In this document: positions 8,826 to 19,264 of the stretch, piece after piece
How the letters are laid out: each line of letters begins with the position of its first letter
Numbering within the stretch: position 1 is the stretch's first letter
The notes under the pieces: generated by a model
The model's database searches: none
Told to the model about the DNA's origin: nothing
The model's input: only the letters and a program-made list of their open reading frames with translations
Origin: an uncultured bacterium
GTDB taxonomy: Bacteria > Oederibacteriota > PGYV01 > CAWJRG01
Assembly (NCBI GenBank): GCA_963845185.1
Contig: CAWJRG010000009.1
Location: forward strand, 608,001 to 672,000
Reading direction: 5' to 3'
DNA length: 64,000 bases
Program-made: the position numbers and the translations under genes

Positions 8826-10040
8826 ATGATAGAAGAATTACACGGTGACCTTCTAAGGCTGCTTGAAAACCTTGAAGGCGAAAAATTAAAAAGCATCCCT
8901 CCGTATGTTTTTGGAGTGATAAAAAAAGAAATAGCCAAACTGCGCAAGGCAGGAGAGGACGTAATTGATTTTTCAATGGGAAATCCCGACGGCGCCACGC
9001 CCCAGCATATAGTTGACAAGCTTATAGAAGCGGCACAAAACCCGAGAAACCACAGGTATTCGGCCTCAAGGGGAATTAATAAATTAAACGCGGCCATAGC
9101 CGATTATTACAAAAGGCGTTTTAACGTGGACCTTGACCCAAACACCGAATGCATAACTACAATAGGCTCAAAAGAGGGCATTTCGCACCTGATGTACGCC
9201 ATAATAAACAGGGGGGACAGCGTAATAGTGCCGACGCCATGCTACCCGATACATGCTTATGCAGTAACATTGGCAGGAGGAAACGTAATATCTGTGCCAA
9301 TAGTCAAGGGCAAGGATTTTTTTGAGGATATGGTAAGAGTTGTCCAGAACATGTGGCCAAAACCTAAAATAATACTTTTGAATTATCCGAACAATCCGAC
9401 TACTGAAGTCGTGGACCTGGATTTTTTCGAGAAAATTGTCGACTTCGCTGTTAAAAATAACATAATAGTCCTTCATGACCTGGCATATGCCGAGCTTTAC
9501 TTTGACGGCTACGTGCCGCCAAGCTTTTTGCAGGTGCCGGGCGCAAAAGAAATAGGCGCGGAGTTTTACACGCTTTCAAAGACATATAACATGCCCGGAT
9601 GGCGGGTAGGATTCCTTGTCGGCAATAAAAACATAATCAAGGCCCTGGAAAAGATCAAAAGCTACCTTGATTACGGCATGTTCCAGCCCATACAGATAGC
9701 AGCCATACATGCCTTAAACAGCTCGGACGAGTGCGTAAAGGACATCAGGGAAAAATACAGGCAAAGGCGCGATGTGCTTGTGGATGGGCTGCAAAAATTG
9801 GGCTGGGAGGTAGAGAAGCCGAAAGCCACAATGTTTGTCTGGGCAAAAATTCCCGGGCAGTACAAAGACATGAAAAGCACTGATTTTGCAATGAAGCTTT
9901 TGAAAGAAGCAAAAACCGGTGTTTCTGATGGCTCTGGTTTCGGCGAGGGCGGCGAAGGATTTGTAAGGTTTGCTTTAATAGAAAACGAGCAGAGGACAAA
10001 ACAGGCTCTAAAGAACATGAAACAAATGATGGAAAAATAA
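8826..10040 (+). CDS. Class I/II PLP aminotransferase, AlaC-like (start probably 8817 or 8826, not 8670)
   Basis: PPYVF, MGNPD, HRYSASRGI, SKTYNMPGWRVG, FALIENEQR. Confidence 0.9.
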   Translation: MIEELHGDLLRLLENLEGEKLKSIPPYVFGVIKKEIAKLRKAGEDVIDFSMGNPDGATPQHIVDKLIEAAQNPRNHRYSASRGINKLNAAIADYYKRRFNVDLDPNTECITTIGSKEGISHLMYAIINRGDSVIVPTPCYPIHAYAVTLAGGNVISVPIVKGKDFFEDMVRVVQNMWPKPKIILLNYPNNPTTEVVDLDFFEKIVDFAVKNNIIVLHDLAYAELYFDGYVPPSFLQVPGAKEIGAEFYTLSKTYNMPGWRVGFLVGNKNIIKALEKIKSYLDYGMFQPIQIAAIHALNSSDECVKDIREKYRQRRDVLVDGLQKLGWEVEKPKATMFVWAKIPGQYKDMKSTDFAMKLLKEAKTGVSDGSGFGEGGEGFVRFALIENEQRTKQALKNMKQMMEK

Positions 10041-10130
10041 TAAAGTGGCAGGTGTTAAGTGCTAAGTGGTAAGTAATTTTACATACCACATATCCCTTAT
10101 CACACACCACATTTTTAAAAGGAGGAAAGC

Positions 10131-11315
10131 ATGCTTGCAGAAAGAGCAAAAAAAGTTTCACCGTCGCTGACGCTGGCGATAGACGCAAAGGCAAAACAGA
10201 TGAAAAAAGACGGGATTGATGTCGTGGGATTCGGGGCAGGCGAGCCGGATTTTAATACGCCTGAGAACATAAAAGAAGCCGGAATAAAGGCCATAAGGGA
10301 CAACCAGACCAGGTATACGCCGGCGTCAGGTACAATAGAGCTTAAGACAGCTGTCGCGGAGAAGTTTAAAAGGGAAAACAACCTTGATTACAAACCGTCG
10401 GATATCATTATTTCCTGCGGGGCCAAGCACTCGCTTTATAATATATTCATGGCAATCATCAATCCGGGCGACGAGGTCATAATTTTTTCACCGTACTGGG
10501 TTTCTTACGAAGAGCAGGTAAAGCTTGCTGACGGCATACCTGTATTTGTGGAGCTGGACGAGTCAAGGAAATTTGAAATTGATTTTGGCCTCCTTGAGAA
10601 AAAAATAACGAAAAAAACAAAAGCAATGCTTATTAATTCTCCGTCAAACCCGACAGGCGCTATTTTTTCCGGAGAGACGCTCAAAAAGCTGGTTGAAATA
10701 GCGCTGAAAAACAACCTCATCATAATTACCGATGAAATTTACGAGAAATGCCTTTACAACGGGAAAAAACACATTTCAATAGCATCGTTTTCGAAAGAAA
10801 TAAAGGAAAGGACAATTGTTGTCAACGGCGTGTCCAAGTCTTACGCAATGACGGGCTGGAGGATAGGCTACCTGGCTTCTGACAACAAGGAAATAATAAC
10901 CGCAATAGACAACATACAGTCGCACTCGACGTCGAACCCGACTACCATTGCACAGGTAGCTGCAATCGAGGCGCTGAAAACCGACAATAAAGTCGTCCAG
11001 GCAATGGTGGCAGAGTTTGATAAAAGAAGGATATACATGCTTGAAAGGATAAGAAAAATAAACGGCATGACATGCGTAGAGCCTGACGGAGCTTTTTACC
11101 TTTTCCCGAATTTTTCCGGGATAACAGGCAGGGACATTAAAGGGAAGCAGATAAAAGGCTCGCTTGACCTGGCTGATTTGCTGCTCAGCGAGGCAAAAGT
11201 CGCTGTTGTGCCGGGCATAGCCTTTGGCTCAGACAAGCATTTCAGGCTTTCTTACGCGACTTCGATGGCGAATATAGAAAAAGGCCTGGACAGGATTGCA
11301 GAAATACTTAAGTAA
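10131..11315 (+). CDS. Aspartate aminotransferase family (class I PLP)
   Basis: GAGEPDF, NSPSNPTG, DEIY, SKSYAMTGWRIGY. Confidence 0.93.
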   Translation: MLAERAKKVSPSLTLAIDAKAKQMKKDGIDVVGFGAGEPDFNTPENIKEAGIKAIRDNQTRYTPASGTIELKTAVAEKFKRENNLDYKPSDIIISCGAKHSLYNIFMAIINPGDEVIIFSPYWVSYEEQVKLADGIPVFVELDESRKFEIDFGLLEKKITKKTKAMLINSPSNPTGAIFSGETLKKLVEIALKNNLIIITDEIYEKCLYNGKKHISIASFSKEIKERTIVVNGVSKSYAMTGWRIGYLASDNKEIITAIDNIQSHSTSNPTTIAQVAAIEALKTDNKVVQAMVAEFDKRRIYMLERIRKINGMTCVEPDGAFYLFPNFSGITGRDIKGKQIKGSLDLADLLLSEAKVAVVPGIAFGSDKHFRLSYATSMANIEKGLDRIAEILK

Positions 11316-11386
11316 CGTGTTTAGTGCCGTGTGGGACGTGCTGAGTGAAATACTTATGACAAAAAAATGTATGCGAGGTAGTTTAG

Positions 11387-12118
11387 ATGCTCAATGACCC
11401 GATATGGATGAAGGAAGTGCAGTGTAAGGCGTGCGACGCGAAGTTTAAGACAGCGAGGATTAAATCATCCGCTTTGAAAGTAAAAAGCATGGAAAGCGAT
11501 TTCCACAAGGTTTATGAGAATATAAACCCTTTGTTTTATGCAGTCACGGTATGTCCTGAATGCAATTACGCGGCCAGGGACGAGGATTTCGACAAGCAGG
11601 AGTTGCAATATTACCCGGAAGTATTAAACATAGCGCTCGCCATAAAACAGTCCCGTAAAAATGTCCAGTTCCCGTGCTCCAGGGAAACAAACATGGAAGA
11701 AGCCGTGAAAAAGCACCTTTTGGCCATAATTTTTTACAAGCAATTCAAACCGGAAAACCCGAACACCATTTCAGGCCTTTATATGCATATTACATGGATG
11801 TACAGGGAAGCAGGCCTTCCGGAAAGGGAAAAGGAATATTTGCAAAAGGCACTTGATTATTACATCAAGACTTTTGAGAGGGGCTCTTATGTGCCTGAAA
11901 AAATAGGCGAGCCCGGCATAATATACATGATAGGCGAGTTGAACCGCAGGCTGGGTAATTATCCTGAAGCTGTCAAATGGTTTTCCCGCGGAGTAAAGCA
12001 CGCTGAAATAGGTGCGTTCCCGAATATCGAGAACATGACCAGGGACGCGTGGGAAAAGATAACCGAGGAAAGAAAACAGAAAGAAAATACAAGGATGCAA
12101 ACCGGAGGTTCCAAATGA
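11387..12118 (+). CDS. DUF2225-like zinc-binding/TPR protein
   Basis: CxxC...NPLFYAVTVCPECNYA, YMIGELNRRLG. Confidence 0.8.
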   Translation: MLNDPIWMKEVQCKACDAKFKTARIKSSALKVKSMESDFHKVYENINPLFYAVTVCPECNYAARDEDFDKQELQYYPEVLNIALAIKQSRKNVQFPCSRETNMEEAVKKHLLAIIFYKQFKPENPNTISGLYMHITWMYREAGLPEREKEYLQKALDYYIKTFERGSYVPEKIGEPGIIYMIGELNRRLGNYPEAVKWFSRGVKHAEIGAFPNIENMTRDAWEKITEERKQKENTRMQTGGSK

Positions 12119-13299
12119 AAATAGCTTTGGTCACGGATACGTACAGACCCAGGGTAAACGGCGTTGTGGCTTCCATAGACACATTCGCGCACGAATACAG
12201 GAAGATGGGGCATGATGTGAGGATAATAGCCCCGGAATTCCCCACGGAACAGGTGGACGTGAAGGACAAGGCAAATGAGGACTGCGTCATCAGGATAAAA
12301 TCGCATTATCTGTTTTTCGACCCTGAGGACAGGCTGCCTGCGCCGTGGTCGTCCGCTGCCAAAAAAATGATAAAAGAACAGATAATCGGTTTTAATTTCG
12401 ACATAGTACACACGCAGACGCCTTTTACGCTCGGCATTGAAGCCATAAAATGGGCAAAAAAAATGAAATGCCCCATACTGCACACCTACCACACCATGTT
12501 CGAGGCTTATGTGCATTATTTCAAGTTCCTGCCGAAGGCCGTGTCGGTCTCGCTTGCCAAAAGGATAAGCAGGTGGTACTGCAACAAGATGGACCTGAAC
12601 ATCACGCCGTCCACGCAGATGAAAGACCTGCTCGTGTCATATAAAATCAAGAAACCGGTTGAAGTGAACCCCACAGGAATAAAAATGGACAAGTTCAAGA
12701 ACTTCAACGGCGACGACTTCAGGAAAAAATACAACATTTCAGACGATACTACGCTTTTTCTTTTTATGGGCAGGATAGGCACGGAAAAAAATATACCATT
12801 TCTTTTCGAAGTCCTGAAGAATGTACTGCAGAAAATGCCGGATACGAAATTAATCGTGGCAGGCAAGGGCCCGGCAGAGGAAGAAGTGCATGAGGCATGC
12901 GAGAAAATAGGGGTAAAGGACAATGTGATATTCCTGGGCTATTTTGAGCCGCAGGATTGGGTAAACTGCTACGCGGCCGCGGACCTTTTTACATTTGCCT
13001 CGGTTACAGAGACACAGGGCCTTGTCGTCACGGAAGCCATGGCAGTCGGGACCCCTGTGGTGGCAGTTGGTGAAATGGGCGTGGCAGAAGTCATGGCAGG
13101 CAACAAGGGCGGCCTGCTGACAAAGCTTGACGTGAATGAATTCACAGGCGCTGTTTTCAGGATGCTTGACGATAAAGAGCTTTATGAAACCAAGAAAAAA
13201 GAAGCTTTTGAATACGCGAAAGAATGGTCTGCCGAAGCCATGGCAAAGAAAATGATGGAAAAATACGAAAGATTGATAAAACAGAAAAAAGGCGTATAA
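12115..13299 (+). CDS. Glycosyltransferase family 4 (diacylglycerol glucosyltransferase-like)
   Basis: TDTYRPRVNGV, HTYHT, ETQGLVVTEAMA; GGAGG RBS before ATG 12115. Confidence 0.92.
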   Translation: MKIALVTDTYRPRVNGVVASIDTFAHEYRKMGHDVRIIAPEFPTEQVDVKDKANEDCVIRIKSHYLFFDPEDRLPAPWSSAAKKMIKEQIIGFNFDIVHTQTPFTLGIEAIKWAKKMKCPILHTYHTMFEAYVHYFKFLPKAVSVSLAKRISRWYCNKMDLNITPSTQMKDLLVSYKIKKPVEVNPTGIKMDKFKNFNGDDFRKKYNISDDTTLFLFMGRIGTEKNIPFLFEVLKNVLQKMPDTKLIVAGKGPAEEEVHEACEKIGVKDNVIFLGYFEPQDWVNCYAAADLFTFASVTETQGLVVTEAMAVGTPVVAVGEMGVAEVMAGNKGGLLTKLDVNEFTGAVFRMLDDKELYETKKKEAFEYAKEWSAEAMAKKMMEKYERLIKQKKGV

Positions 13300-13357
13300 A
13301 TCATATTTTCCCCTTAATAAGGTGGAACAAAAGGGGGTAAAAGTTAAAGGAGCAGAT

Positions 13358-13711
13358 ATGAAAAAGCTTCTTTTAGCAACAGCAGTATTAGTGATTGTGT
13401 TTTTGGCAGGATGCAGGCCCGGATTCGAGCGCAAGCCCATGATAATAGAGCTCGGGTTCATGACCTGCGACCACTGCATGCAAATGAAGCAGGTCCTTGC
13501 TGAAGTGGAAAAAGAATATAAAGGGAAAGTTAGAGTAATGTTTTACGACCTTGACTCGCCGGCGGGGCAAAAACAGGAAGCCATCTACGGGGTACAAAAC
13601 GTCCCGACAACAGTATTTTTGGATAAAGACGGTTACGAGTATTTTAAAGCCAACGACGCTTTGCTGAAAGAGCAGGTCATCGCAATACTGAAGTCGGCAC
13701 GTATAAATTAA
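13358..13711 (+). CDS. Thioredoxin-fold lipoprotein
   Basis: LAGC lipobox, CDHC motif, VPT cis-Pro motif. Confidence 0.85.
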   Translation: MKKLLLATAVLVIVFLAGCRPGFERKPMIIELGFMTCDHCMQMKQVLAEVEKEYKGKVRVMFYDLDSPAGQKQEAIYGVQNVPTTVFLDKDGYEYFKANDALLKEQVIAILKSARIN

Positions 13712-13714
13712 AGC

Positions 13715-14608
13715 CTATAACTTACATTCCTTTGAATGGTCAAAATCCGGGCCCTCGAGCTGGATAGTCGAGTGCCCGATATTAAAATCACATACCAAAA
13801 TTTCATTTATCTTGTTTATTATGGCATCGGTTTGTTTCAGGCATTTTTTTGCCACAACCACATGCGCGTCAAAAATTACGTCCTCGCTCGATATGTTCCA
13901 TATGTGCACATGGTGCACGCCGCGCACGCATAATTTTCTCTCTTTTTTCAGCCTCGCGATGATTTTATTCACGTCAATGCCCTTGGGCGTGCCCTGCATC
14001 AGGATATTGACCGTGTCCATGAAAACGCTGAAACTTTCTTTCATGATATAAGCCACTATAAAAAACGACGCGATTGAATCCAGGAAATACCATTTTACAA
14101 AGAAAAGCATGAATGCAACTACGAGCACAGCAGCCGAAGATATCGCATCACCGAACATATGAAGGTACGAGCTTTTGATATTGATATTTTTACCAGAGCC
14201 GCCGTGCAAAAGCATGGCTGATAAACCGTTTATCAAAAGTCCCAGCAGGGCAATTGCAAACATTATCGGCGCGTTTATGTGCTGCGGTGAATAAAGCCTT
14301 TTGACTGCTTCATATACGACAAAACCGCATATAAAAAACAGTAAAAGGATGTTAAACAGGGCAGTCAGTATCTCGGCGCGCTTGTAGCCGTAGGTTTTTA
14401 CATTGGTTGATGGTTTTTTTGCCACATTTATGGCGACATAGGATATTATCAGGGAAAAGACGTCGGAAAAATTATGGAACGCGTCTGAAAACAGTGCAAG
14501 ACTGCCTGAAACAATCCCACCTATAATTTCGGCAATGGTTATTACTATGTTCAGGACAATTGCTGTAAAAAGGTTTTTAATATTCCTGTTTTCTTCGTGT
14601 ATGTGCAT
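13715..14608 (-). CDS. Cation diffusion facilitator (CzcD/ZitB-like) transporter
   Basis: SLALFSDAFHNFSD, TYGYKRAE, YLHMFGD, HHVHIW, HSTIQLE. Confidence 0.95.
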   Translation of the reverse strand: MHIHEENRNIKNLFTAIVLNIVITIAEIIGGIVSGSLALFSDAFHNFSDVFSLIISYVAINVAKKPSTNVKTYGYKRAEILTALFNILLLFFICGFVVYEAVKRLYSPQHINAPIMFAIALLGLLINGLSAMLLHGGSGKNINIKSSYLHMFGDAISSAAVLVVAFMLFFVKWYFLDSIASFFIVAYIMKESFSVFMDTVNILMQGTPKGIDVNKIIARLKKERKLCVRGVHHVHIWNISSEDVIFDAHVVVAKKCLKQTDAIINKINEILVCDFNIGHSTIQLEGPDFDHSKECKL

Positions 14609-14627
14609 TTAAACCGCCGGCAATAAA

Positions 14628-14702
14628 TGGTACCGCTACGGGGAATCGAACCCCGATCTGATGGCTGAGAACCACCTGTCCTAACCGTTAGACGATAGCG
14701 GC
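14628..14702 (-). tRNA. tRNA-Glu (anticodon CTC)
   Basis: Reverse complement GCCGCTATCGTCTAACGGTTAGGACAGGTGGTT-CTC-AGCCATCAGATCGGGGTTCGATTCCCCGTAGCGGTACCA folds as a cloverleaf with TTCGA and an encoded CCA. Confidence 0.95.
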
Positions 14703-15120
14703 ATTAATGCAATTAATAACAGGAAAATATTTAACATTAAAAACAAGGTTGTGTCAAGGATTTAGTAGGTGTCTTGTATTTTTTCCCCTCCTTAACAAAA
14801 AGGGGTTGAATATTCTTGCAGAATAGTTAAATAATCCGGTGGATTATTTAACGTTGAGGATCACACGATTAAGTATTTCTCGACAGGAACAGGAAGGTTT
14901 GCATTATTTTTTTATCCCCCTTTAATAAAGGGGGATATAGGGGGATTTGTCGGTATCCCGTATCCCTTTTCCCAAATTCAGTTTTTTATTGTATATCTAA
15001 TTGGGCAACAAATAACTTGATAAAATCCGAATGTTGGAGTATAACTTATTGTATTGCTGGTCTCTTACAAGCCAGGGACTTATACCGGCAAAACAAACGG
15101 AATTAAAGGAGAAAATAAAA

Positions 15121-15510
15121 ATGGCCGATAAAAAGAAAATCGTAATTGTCGACGACGAACCCATCATGATTTCAATGCTTACGGAAGTCCTTTCCGATGC
15201 TTACAATGTTTATTCAGCGGTAAACGGTAGGCTGGCGATATCAGAGGTGGAAAAGACAAAACCTGATATGGTCATCCTGGATATTCTCATGCCTGTAATG
15301 GACGGGATTGAGGCGTGCAAAGAGCTGAAAAAGAACAAAGTTACCTCCGCAATTCCCGTAATACTCCTGACCGCAAAGGGCATGATAACCGACATTGAAA
15401 AAGGCCTTAAGTCAGGTGCAGACGCTTACGTCGTAAAGCCGTTTTCGCCTTTTAAGCTTATTCAGAAAGTCGAGGAAATTTTCGAGAAAAGCCATAAACC
15501 TTTCTCCTAG
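15121..15510 (+). CDS. Single-domain response regulator
   Basis: IVDDE, ILDILMP, LLTA, KPF; AAGGAG before ATG 15121. Confidence 0.92.
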   Translation: MADKKKIVIVDDEPIMISMLTEVLSDAYNVYSAVNGRLAISEVEKTKPDMVILDILMPVMDGIEACKELKKNKVTSAIPVILLTAKGMITDIEKGLKSGADAYVVKPFSPFKLIQKVEEIFEKSHKPFS

Positions 15511-15608
15511 CGCAGGTTTATGGCCATGTACCGGAATGTAGAGACTGGTATATGGAATTTTTAGAAGCCTTTAATTGATGACATGGCAATTGATAATTGA
15601 GGTAAAAC

Positions 15609-15815
15609 ATGCCTTCTGATTGCAAATATTTTCAACTTAAAAAAGGAATTAAATATATGTATGGAGAGGATATCCCCAAAACAAGCCAGGAGTTTGCCCA
15701 ATGCACTAAGGCTTTGGAATTCGGCGGTATTTTAGACCCATGTCCTTTGTATCTGTCCAATATGAACCCGGAAAAAGAATGCCCGTTTTTCAGGGAAAGA
15801 CCGAAGCAGATATAA
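15609..15815 (+). CDS. Small Cys-containing hypothetical protein
   Basis: GAGG RBS, 68 aa, four Cys. Confidence 0.55.
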   Translation: MPSDCKYFQLKKGIKYMYGEDIPKTSQEFAQCTKALEFGGILDPCPLYLSNMNPEKECPFFRERPKQI

Positions 15816-15869
15816 ATATCATAAAGTTGTGTGTTTAATTCCCGTAAATTTTTTTGTAATATAAGTAAA

Positions 15870-15898
15870 TTGACAAAGCAACAAACAAGTGGTATAAT
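15870..15898 (+). promoter_or_regulatory. Consensus sigma70 promoter
   Basis: TTGACA-17 bp-TATAAT with extended -10 TG. Confidence 0.85.
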
Positions 15899-15942
15899 TA
15901 GCCATACAAGGAAATAAAGTCATAATTCGGGAGGCATGTAAA

Positions 15943-16185
15943 ATGAGAGAAAAAGGCAGGTTCAGGAAAGAAAGAAAGATACTGATAAGGGTGAGTGAAG
16001 ATGAAAAGAAGTCAGCAGAAGAGTTATCGCAAAAAGAGGGGAAAAACACTTCGGAGTTTTTCAGAGATTTGCTTGAAGAACACCGCCAAAAGAAATTTAT
16101 GGATATCCATATGGAAATAGTCGGAAAGTACGAAAACATGCTTGAAAAATACAGGCAGTTACTGGCGGAACACAAAAAGAAATAG
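15943..16185 (+). CDS. Ribbon-helix-helix type DNA-binding protein
   Basis: KILIRVSEDEKK...EGKNTSEFFRDLL RHH pattern; GGAGG RBS. Confidence 0.7.
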   Translation: MREKGRFRKERKILIRVSEDEKKSAEELSQKEGKNTSEFFRDLLEEHRQKKFMDIHMEIVGKYENMLEKYRQLLAEHKKK

Positions 16186-16333
16186 GAATTTGATCCCACT
16201 CCGCGATAATCCCCGCTAGTAGGGCTTCGACTGAGCTCAGCCGAAGTCAGGCGGGGATAGGAAGATATCCCGGTGGGAATATCTGACCGCTCCGGGGAGG
16301 GAGCATATTATAGACGGCAATTCGAAAGAAAGC

Positions 16334-16369
16334 AAACTCGGCGAGGTAAAACCTAGCCGAGTTTTTTTT
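16334..16369 (+). terminator. Rho-independent terminator (a second one at 16491-16510)
   Basis: AAACTCGGC-AGGT...ACCT-GCCGAG followed by a T run. Confidence 0.7.
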
Positions 16370-16713
16370 AAAGGTGCCCCGCCTGTGAAGGCGGGGGGGC
16401 TCCACTTGTTGGCATAAAACAAATAAATTTTTTTTTCAAACGGAAAAATTGTAATTTTTTTTCTTATTATGCGGTTCACACCACAATGACCCGGCGCAAG
16501 CCGGTTTTTTCAATATAACCTGCATTAGCACAAGTAAAGTTTCCAGCATTTAAAAAACAAAAACATATCACTATTGGTTGTATGTATTTTATCTTGACTC
16601 AAAGGCTTTTGCGATATACAATGTTTTGCATTAAGAAACAGCCTGGAGAGCTGATTTGGGAAAATTCTGTACGTCCTGTAAGGAAATCATTGAACAAAAT
16701 CTCATGAAAGGAA

Positions 16714-17970
16714 GTGGTATTTATGTATTTTAAAAAACGAAGGGTAGTTGTAACAGGCATGGGCGTGGTGGCGCCAAATGGGAAAAACAAAGATGAATAC
16801 TGGGAATCACTATTACATGGCAGATCGGGTGTCAGGAAAATCAGTCTTTTTGACGTTTCTGAATTTCAAACTCAGATAGGAGGCGAGATCAGCGATTTTA
16901 ATCCGGAGGATTACGGCATTGATAAAAAAGAATCCAAAAGGATGGGAAGGTTTTCCAAGTTTGCGCTTGCCGCGGCCAAAATGGCTGTTGTGGATGCGGG
17001 TATTTTTATCGATGAAGAGATGCAGGAAAAAATCGGAGTAGTGATGGGTGTAAGCGTGAATGGAGTGGAAATAATAGAGCGGGAAGCTGAAACCCTCAGG
17101 ACAAAAGGCGTCAAGATGATGAACCCTTTTGGCGTCCCAGGCGCCCTGCCAAACGCGGCAGCAAGCCATATTGCAATAGAGTTCGGGATAAAAGGCAAGG
17201 TATCTACGATTTCAACAGGCTGTTCCTCTACGTTGAACGCTATAGGCTACGCGCATGAATTGATAAAATACGGTAAAACCGATATGATAATCTGCGGCGG
17301 ATCCGAATCACCGCTCACGCCTTCGGTTTTAGGATCTTTTTGCGCGTCAAACAGCCTGTCCAAAAGAAATGAGGAACCGGAAAAAGCAAGCAGGCCTTTT
17401 GACAAAAACAGGGACGGGTATGTTTTGTGCGAAGGCGCGGCAATATTTGTGCTTGAAAGCCTCGAGTCTGCGATCAGGAGAGACGCGGAAATTTATGCTG
17501 AAATTATAGGGTATGGCGACACATCGGACGCATTCAGCATGTATAAGATTGAAGAGAGCGGGAACCAGGCTGCCCGCGCAATGGCAATGTGTATGAATGA
17601 TGCGGACATAGACCTTTGCGAAGTTGATTATATCAACGCGCACGGAAGTTCTTCCTATATTTCGGACATAAGGGAAACAGTAGCAATAAAAAAGGTATTT
17701 GGAGATTATGCTGGAAAGATACCGGTTTCTTCTGTAAAATCGATGATAGGGCACGGGCTTGGCGTAGCAGGGGGGTTCCAGACAGCAGCGACACTGCTTG
17801 CCGGCAAAAACGGATACATCCCGGCGACGATTAATTACGAGCATGAGGACCCGAACTGCGACCTTGATTACGTGCCGAACGAAGCAATAAGGAAAAGAAT
17901 CAATGTTGCCATGGTAAATTCCTTCGGCATGGGCGGCAATAACGCGAGTTTGCTTTTCAGGATGTTTTAA
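16714..17970 (+). CDS. Beta-ketoacyl synthase II (FabF-like / KS-alpha-like)
   Basis: RRVVVTGMG, STGCSS, INAHGSS, KSMIGH, NSFGMGGNNA; Cys-His-His triad present. Confidence 0.93.
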   Translation: MVFMYFKKRRVVVTGMGVVAPNGKNKDEYWESLLHGRSGVRKISLFDVSEFQTQIGGEISDFNPEDYGIDKKESKRMGRFSKFALAAAKMAVVDAGIFIDEEMQEKIGVVMGVSVNGVEIIEREAETLRTKGVKMMNPFGVPGALPNAAASHIAIEFGIKGKVSTISTGCSSTLNAIGYAHELIKYGKTDMIICGGSESPLTPSVLGSFCASNSLSKRNEEPEKASRPFDKNRDGYVLCEGAAIFVLESLESAIRRDAEIYAEIIGYGDTSDAFSMYKIEESGNQAARAMAMCMNDADIDLCEVDYINAHGSSSYISDIRETVAIKKVFGDYAGKIPVSSVKSMIGHGLGVAGGFQTAATLLAGKNGYIPATINYEHEDPNCDLDYVPNEAIRKRINVAMVNSFGMGGNNASLLFRMF

Positions 17971-18454
17971 AAAACAAGATAAATAGTGGAGATAATAATC
18001 AATGGCAAAAGGAAATTTTAAGAAAAAAACAGAAAAAATATTTTGGGATTCTTATGCAAGCGCTTATGACGACATGGCGAAATATTATGAACCGTACAAA
18101 CAGCTTGTAAATGAAATTACAGGGTTTTTGGCAACAAATGCAGGAAAAGATAGCAGGGTTTTGGACGCCGGTTGTGGAACAGGAGCATTATCCATTAAAC
18201 TTGCAGAAAAAAAATATGCAGTATACTCCATGGATATGTCAAATGCAATGCTCAGTGTTTTTAGAGGGAAAATAAAAAAAATGAATTTGGATAATTTATA
18301 TATAAGTAACGGCGATTTGAATAAAAAACTTGTGTATAAAAGCAAATATTTTAATATAGTTATAAACGTGCATTCATTATTTATGCTGGATAATATCTTT
18401 TTTACTTTGGATGAATTTAACAGTGGAATGAACCCCTTCGTTTGGACACTCGGA

Positions 18455-19264
18455 TTAGAACAAACCGGCCTGTTCCTGTAGTTTAGTTTCAAATTCTACC
18501 GGTGGAACGTAGCCTATTGCCGAATGCAATCTTTTTTGATTATACACCTCCTCTATAAAAAATGGAATCCTTTTCAAGACGTCATCGATAGTTTTATAAT
18601 CCCACATATAAACTTCTTCACATTTAATTGTTTTCATAAAACTCTCGGCTCCGGCGTTGTCGTACGGGTTGCCTTTGCGCGACATGCTGATAGTAAATTC
18701 GTGTTCCTTCAAGATGCCAACGTAATCGTTGCAGGCATACTGCACGCCGCGGTCTGAATGATGGACTACGCCTGTTCCGGGCTTACGTCTCTCTATGGCC
18801 ATTTTAAGCGCTCCTATAGCAAGGTCGGCATCAAGATACAGCGAAATATTGTAGCCTATGACCTTTCTTGAAAAAGCGTCCAGTATCACCGCTAAATACA
18901 CGAAGCCAAGCAAAATTCTGATGTATGTTATGTCTGAACGCCAGAGCTGGTTTAACGTTGTCAGGATCATGTCCTTCGCTATATTCGGGTAAATCCTGAA
19001 CGGGTGATTGGAGTCTGTGGTTTTTACCCACTTGCGTTTGTACACCACCAAAAGCGAGCTTTCACGCATGATTCTTTGTACTCTTTTGTGGTTTACAATC
19101 ACACCTTCACGGTGAAGCTGTTTTGTAACCCGCCTATATCCATATCCTGCAAACTCAAGAACTATCCGTTCAATTTTATCTCTTAAATCACAGTCCACCT
19201 TTAATTTTTTCTGGTTTTTTTCTTTGGGTTTGTAGTAATAACTGCTTCGGCTCAACCCAGTCAT
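18455..19264 (-). CDS. IS3 transposase OrfB (rve/DDE)
   Basis: YGYRR, WRSDITYI, HHSDRGVQY, DNAGAESF. Confidence 0.95.
   Translation of the reverse strand: MTGLSRSSYYYKPKEKNQKKLKVDCDLRDKIERIVLEFAGYGYRRVTKQLHREGVIVNHKRVQRIMRESSLLVVYKRKWVKTTDSNHPFRIYPNIAKDMILTTLNQLWRSDITYIRILLGFVYLAVILDAFSRKVIGYNISLYLDADLAIGALKMAIERRKPGTGVVHHSDRGVQYACNDYVGILKEHEFTISMSRKGNPYDNAGAESFMKTIKCEEVYMWDYKTIDDVLKRIPFFIEEVYNQKRLHSAIGYVPPVEFETKLQEQAGLF

Noticed and set aside
14628..14702. tRNA-Glu as attachment site of an integrated element
   Set aside because: I saw no duplicated tRNA 3' end or integrase in the window.
16310..16345. c-di-GMP-I riboswitch suggested by GGCAA-TTCGAAAGAA-GCAAA
   Set aside because: The P2 stem is too short and the P1/P3 elements are not recognisable; it would need an Infernal search.
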